Source: Candidatus Heimdallarchaeota archaeon
GTDB taxonomy: Archaea > Asgardarchaeota > Heimdallarchaeia > Heimdallarchaeales > Heimdallarchaeaceae
Length of the DNA stretch: 20,413 nucleotides
Assembly (NCBI GenBank): GCA_019057375.1
Contig: DXJF01000068.1
Coordinates: forward strand, 1 to 20,413
Direction: 5' to 3'
Position 1 is the first letter of the stretch. The number at the start of each line of letters is the position of its first letter. Position numbers and translations under genes: made by a program. Under the pieces are notes generated by a model. That model was not told the origin of the DNA and made no database searches. It worked only from the letters and a program-made list of their open reading frames with translations. Below are positions 16,111 through 20,413 of this stretch, piece after piece.

Positions 16111-19100
16111 TTAATCGCATTTACTATAACCGCAACTCTTGCAAGTAAAGCACCCTTCAGCAAACTCTAACATGCTTCCACAATCTGGACAAGCAATTAC
16201 TCCATTAGAACGGACGATGGTTTCACCATCTAGATATTTCTCCAGAACATGAGCTATTCCATCTGGACATGATAAAACAGTTTGTCCTTGATAGAAATTT
16301 GGACTTGGACATCTTATTCCTGCTAAATGGTCGGCTATCGATTCCAGTTTTATACCTGATCTCAATGCAAGAGAGATTAATCGTCCAACAGCCTCACTTT
16401 GGCTAGCAATACAACCTCCACTCTTACCTACCTGAACAAAAACTTCACAAACCCCCGTTTCATCACTATTAACAGTGACATAAAGATTACCGCAACCTGA
16501 ACGAATTTTATGGGTTCGTCCAACTGTTACCTCAGGTCTAGGTCTTGGTTCGACTTTCTCAGAAATAATAGTTAGTTTCTTTGAATCTTGCTTTTCTGGT
16601 TTCTTTGTTGAAAGTACCTGATATTTTCTTGAACCATCGCGATAAACAGTTATACCTTTGCACCCTTGTTTGTATGCTAACATATACGCATTGGCGATAT
16701 CCTCCTTTGTAGCAGTTGAGGAGAAATTAATTGTCTTTGATGTAGCGTTGTCATTATACCTCTGAAAAGCAGCTTGCATCCTAATATGCCATTCAGGAGT
16801 TATATCGTGAGAAGTAACAAAAATATTTCTTAAATCCTCAGGAATATCTTCCAAACCTTGAATAGTGTTAGAGGAAGACACTTTTTCTAGTAGTTCTTCT
16901 GAATGGATTTTCAAATCCTTTAGATTTTGTTCAAAAAGTGGATTGACATCAAAAAGCTTCTTTCCATCCAGTACATTTCGAGTAAAAACTATAGCATAAT
17001 AAGGTTCGATACCGCTGGAACAGCCAGCAATTAAAGAGATAGTTCCTGTAGGTGCTATTGAAGTAACAGTAGCATTTCGAAGGTTTTCAGTTTGATCTCT
17101 ATATATACTTTTATTGAAATTGGGAAAATTACCTTTCTTTTCACCTAATACTCGAGATTCATCCCGTGCAGTTTTTTGCACAAAAGCCATCACTTCATTT
17201 GCTTTAGCTAACCCATCTTCTGAATCATAACGAATTTCTAGTTTTACAAGTAAATCAGCAAAACCCATAATTCCAAGACCTATTTTTCGATTAGCTTTAG
17301 TTATCTGTTCGATTTCTGGAAGTATATACTGATTTTTTTCTATTACATTATCTAGAAAACGAACAGCTGTTCGTACGGATTCTTCCAGCAAGTCCCAATC
17401 GATTTTACCTTTTTTTACGTGCTGTAAAAGGTTAACAGAACCGAGATTACAACTCTCCCAAGCTAGCATAGGTAATTCACCGCAATTATGTGTGCAGATT
17501 CCATTTGCTGAAAAAGCATTTTCACCAGGTATTTGAACATCATAAACTTCTTTCTTACCTATGTGAATTATTTCTGTAACATTGGCTAAGAAGCGTTCTC
17601 TATATTGATCTCTTGTGTAATTAGCTATCTTTTCATCCAATAATTGCTTTTTCTCCACATCAGCAAAACCAACAATTTCTGCAAAATAAATAATATTATC
17701 CTTTGAGATTACAAGTTCATGTTGTGGTTTAATCTTATACTTCTTGTATCCACCTTTACCATCTGGCATCTCTTTATATTGTACTTTTCTTCTGTTTTGA
17801 TAAATTGTTGAAGCAATACCCATTCTATGAAGCATTCGTTGAACAGACCTAAGTGTATCAAGATTTGATTGAGATAGACGAACAGAGACTCCTTTGTCTT
17901 GTGTTCCTTGAACAGAACCATCTGCATCAAATAGACCTTTTAGAAAACCTATATGAAAATCATAACTTGTTGTTTCAATAAGGGGTGTAAGCAATTTAGA
18001 TCCTTTAGACATCCCATAACTTTCAGCTAGATCATGAAGTGCTCTTAATTTTAATATGTGTTCATCACGGTTTTTTATTCTAAAGAATCCTTTGAAATCT
18101 GAACGGTGGGGAAGGTTGAATGCGTGTTCTTCTACTTCATTCCTTATGGATTGCGATCCTTGATTTTCTCCCCAAACCATTATCCGTGCATTTTTTTCTG
18201 TTATTACACCATCACCAAGTAGCATTCCTAAGAGATATCCTTCAGCATAGGAACCTTCTCCAAAATCCCAACGTGAATTGCGGTTGTTACTTAGTACTAA
18301 CTTATCGTCTGGTTTTAGATCAACTACTTGTTTCCACTCTGTATCTATATTATTTCGAGTTTTTTTAGTTGCTACTTTGACTAAATGATTTGCCGTAGCT
18401 TGAATTGAGTAACCTCTATTTGTGTTTATTTCAAGAATCTCCTTGTAACCAGTTGAGAAAAAACCTTCGTCAGTGGTTGGGAGATATTTTCCATTATGTA
18501 AAATGTTTACTTTTTGATCAATTAAATCATGAACCATTTTCGGTCCTTTATCAGTAGTTACCCATGTTTCGCCGATTAAGCAAGGATTAGTGCTCTCTAT
18601 CTCGCCTAATTCTGGCGTGGGGTTATCTTTATTTATTCTATCAATAAAAACAATTCCAGGTTCTCCATTTTTCCAAGCCATTTCAACAATTTTGTTGAAA
18701 ACCTCTTTAGCATTCATTTTACCAGATACTTTGTTGATTCGTGGATTAATTAAATCATAATCTTCATTTTTCTCAACAGCTTTCATGAAATGTTCAGTAA
18801 TTGCTACAGAGAGATTGAAGTTGGTTAAACGATTTTGATCTTCTTTACAAGTAATGAACTCCATGATATCAGGATGATCAACACGTAAAATGCCCATGTT
18901 CGCCCCACGACGGCGTCCTCCTTGCTTCACAGTGTTTGTAGCGGCATTAAAAACCTCCATAAAAGAAAGAGGACCACTTGCTATTCCTCCAGTAGTTTTT
19001 ACTACATCATTTTTTGGCCTAAGCTTAGAAAAACTGAAACCTGTTCCTCCACCACTATTATGAGAAATAAAGCCGTTTGCAATGTAAGCGTGTTTCTCAG

Positions 19101-20412
19101 GAACAGTAAGGTCAAAAACTTCCATTATTCCAACTGATTTAATTTCTCGTACTTGAGTATAAAGAATATCTTCAGAGAGTAACAACTCATCGAAGAAATC
19201 AGGTTTCATTTCTAGTTTTGTCAGCATCTTTAGTTTCTGATAGCTTAACTCTCTAATTTCCGAGCGATATACTAGACCACCATACTCCTTGAGAACCTTT
19301 ATTTTCTCTCCTTTTGGAATTGTTTTGTACCAATCTCTTATCCTTTGATTTTGATATGGGATCATTTGACCTCTTTTGAATATATCTTCAGACTTAATGT
19401 CTTTCAATCTGTATTTCTTCTTCTTAGAGATGAAACCTATTTTATTCTTATAATTGATGAAACCAGACTTTGTACATATGGAAATCTGATAAACTCCAGT
19501 TGTTTTATTCCTATATTTTCTAGTTGGTATACCAAGATGAAGTAATACTATTTGTAAATCAGAAATTAGCTTATGTGAACTAGATGTATAAGTGATGTGT
19601 CCAGATTTTCTAATGCAACCATCTGCATTGAAAAGACCTTTGAGAAATGCCCTAATGTTTTCTTCACTTGATTCAAGAATTAACTTAGGAATTTCTGCTT
19701 CAGATGACTTTTTTTTGAGAAAACCTAAGAAGTTTAACCATTCTTTTATTTGGACACTTAAAATTCCAACCTCAAATACGGATTCAAATTCAACAGAGGA
19801 AGGCATTTTTCCAAACAATATCATAGAAAGGTTGTTTATTCGGTCTACTACTTCCTCTTCGTGTTTTCCAACAGTAAAACGTATTCCATCCCGATGATTG
19901 CTTCCATCTGCAATATATAATCCAATTAACTCGGATAACTCAGGGGTTAGTATATCTGGTAGATCGTACAAAATTGGTTTGAAACTTGTTTGGTTTCTAC
20001 CTGTTTTGGGAACATATTCGAACATTGGTAATTGAATTTTCGAACCCAGCCAATTACTTGGTTTTATAATCAACCAATCTCCTTTCTTTAGACTACCTAC
20101 TTCCTTCCAGCAGTGTTTTCCATCCTTATTCATTACTAAGAGTTTATGCAGTTTTGTTCCAGTGATTGAGTAACCGTGTGCAGTTTCTACTTTATAGACT
20201 GGTTTTTTACCATTGTAATAAACTTTAGATACGGAAAAAACTCCTTCATCAGTTTCAACGAGAGAATTGGATTTTACATTTTTGATTTCTACTAGACCAT
20301 CACTTGTCATGACAAGAGAATCTTTAGTTAAGCATTGATGTATTAGAGCACTATGTTTTACAGCATCAAAGATTGAAGACATATCATCTTCTATCGGTAG
20401 GACAAAACAAGC
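16111..20412 (-). CDS. nrdJ: Class II (adenosylcobalamin-dependent) ribonucleotide reductase with two inteins, C-terminal TSCPD domain and Zn ribbon (5'-truncated)
   Basis: The frame is open to the window edge (ACFVLPIEDDMSSIFDAVKHSALIHQ), so ATG 20382 is internal. Extein motifs: SGGGTGFSFS.LRP, QGGRRRGANM, NGEPG, TNP|CGE, CNLGSVNL, RKIGLGIMG.AD, IAPTGTIS.IAGCSSGIEP and SKTIN. TSCPD domain at ~16235-16550 (GCGNLYVTVN...LSCPDGIA); terminal CPDCG...CFTCKSCGYSKC. Confidence 0.95.
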   Translation of the reverse strand, partial: ACFVLPIEDDMSSIFDAVKHSALIHQCLTKDSLVMTSDGLVEIKNVKSNSLVETDEGVFSVSKVYYNGKKPVYKVETAHGYSITGTKLHKLLVMNKDGKHCWKEVGSLKKGDWLIIKPSNWLGSKIQLPMFEYVPKTGRNQTSFKPILYDLPDILTPELSELIGLYIADGSNHRDGIRFTVGKHEEEVVDRINNLSMILFGKMPSSVEFESVFEVGILSVQIKEWLNFLGFLKKKSSEAEIPKLILESSEENIRAFLKGLFNADGCIRKSGHITYTSSSHKLISDLQIVLLHLGIPTRKYRNKTTGVYQISICTKSGFINYKNKIGFISKKKKYRLKDIKSEDIFKRGQMIPYQNQRIRDWYKTIPKGEKIKVLKEYGGLVYRSEIRELSYQKLKMLTKLEMKPDFFDELLLSEDILYTQVREIKSVGIMEVFDLTVPEKHAYIANGFISHNSGGGTGFSFSKLRPKNDVVKTTGGIASGPLSFMEVFNAATNTVKQGGRRRGANMGILRVDHPDIMEFITCKEDQNRLTNFNLSVAITEHFMKAVEKNEDYDLINPRINKVSGKMNAKEVFNKIVEMAWKNGEPGIVFIDRINKDNPTPELGEIESTNPCLIGETWVTTDKGPKMVHDLIDQKVNILHNGKYLPTTDEGFFSTGYKEILEINTNRGYSIQATANHLVKVATKKTRNNIDTEWKQVVDLKPDDKLVLSNNRNSRWDFGEGSYAEGYLLGMLLGDGVITEKNARIMVWGENQGSQSIRNEVEEHAFNLPHRSDFKGFFRIKNRDEHILKLRALHDLAESYGMSKGSKLLTPLIETTSYDFHIGFLKGLFDADGSVQGTQDKGVSVRLSQSNLDTLRSVQRMLHRMGIASTIYQNRRKVQYKEMPDGKGGYKKYKIKPQHELVISKDNIIYFAEIVGFADVEKKQLLDEKIANYTRDQYRERFLANVTEIIHIGKKEVYDVQIPGENAFSANGICTHNCGELPMLAWESCNLGSVNLLQHVKKGKIDWDLLEESVRTAVRFLDNVIEKNQYILPEIEQITKANRKIGLGIMGFADLLVKLEIRYDSEDGLAKANEVMAFVQKTARDESRVLGEKKGNFPNFNKSIYRDQTENLRNATVTSIAPTGTISLIAGCSSGIEPYYAIVFTRNVLDGKKLFDVNPLFEQNLKDLKIHSEELLEKVSSSNTIQGLEDIPEDLRNIFVTSHDITPEWHIRMQAAFQRYNDNATSKTINFSSTATKEDIANAYMLAYKQGCKGITVYRDGSRKYQVLSTKKPEKQDSKKLTIISEKVEPRPRPEVTVGRTHKIRSGCGNLYVTVNSDETGVCEVFVQVGKSGGCIASQSEAVGRLISLALRSGIKLESIADHLAGIRCPSPNFYQGQTVLSCPDGIAHVLEKYLDGETIVRSNGVIACPDCGSMLEFAEGCFTCKSCGYSKCD
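17485..18582 (-). mobile_element. Intein 2 (366 aa) with LAGLIDADG homing endonuclease at NP|CGE (RIR1-b-type site)
   Basis: Starts CLIGETWV, has block B ATANHLV, LAGLIDADG motifs GYLLGMLLGDG and GFLKGLFDADGS, and ends VYDVQI...ANGICTHN before a +1 Cys. Confidence 0.95.
19057..20334 (-). mobile_element. Intein 1 (426 aa) with LAGLIDADG homing endonuclease at IHQ|SGGG
   Basis: Starts CLTKDSLV, has block B GTKLHKLL, LAGLIDADG motifs SELIGLYIADGS and AFLKGLFNADGC, and ends VFDLTV...ANGFISHN before a +1 Ser. Excision restores ALIHQSGGGTGF. Confidence 0.95.
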
Positions 20413-20413
20413 A

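Noticed and set aside
692-19897. Short alternative-frame/antisense ORFs (e.g. 692-886, 1660-1899, 2739-2930, 3298-3543, 3804-4142, 4281-4481, 6747-6938, 8939-9169, 13812-14108, 14351-15190 set, 17709-17930, 18120-18368, 18922-19897 set)
   Set aside because: All lie within longer, motif-supported genes, show no recognisable motifs, and look like shadow ORFs.
20380-20382. ATG 20382 as the nrdJ start
   Set aside because: Upstream in-frame codons encode the conserved ACFVLPIEDD motif, so the true start is beyond the window.
20407-20412. Possible third intein ending just before the ACFV cysteine
   Set aside because: The residue preceding the Cys is Ala (GCT), not Asn/Gln, so that site is unoccupied. 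Inteins further upstream cannot be assessed.

Overview
AT-rich, gene-dense archaeal chromosomal DNA. It is most likely from an Asgard archaeon, possibly Heimdallarchaeia-like. This is an inference from archaeal marker families (DUF211, DUF354, IOR, GGTGA/GAGGT Shine-Dalgarno motifs, oligo-T terminators), a putative longin-domain protein and an EF-TM-KKR-tailed surface protein. Left to right: a 5'-truncated iorA plus iorB; a DUF211 gene; a ~1048-aa orphan with a putative N-terminal longin-like domain; a YggS/PLPBP gene; an SDR; a tldD-tldE(pmbA) pair, where PmbA has an unusual basic amphipathic C-terminal tail; a ~946-aa secreted, C-terminally anchored surface protein with internal Gly/Tyr helical repeats; a 61-aa CPxCG Zn-ribbon protein; a class I/II aminotransferase; DUF354; and a 5'-truncated class II ribonucleotide reductase with two LAGLIDADG inteins. 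One intein sits at the canonical NP|CGE site and the other at a less familiar HQ|SGGG site. I saw no rRNA, tRNA, CRISPR array or IS element. All family assignments come from motif recognition by eye; no database searches were run.
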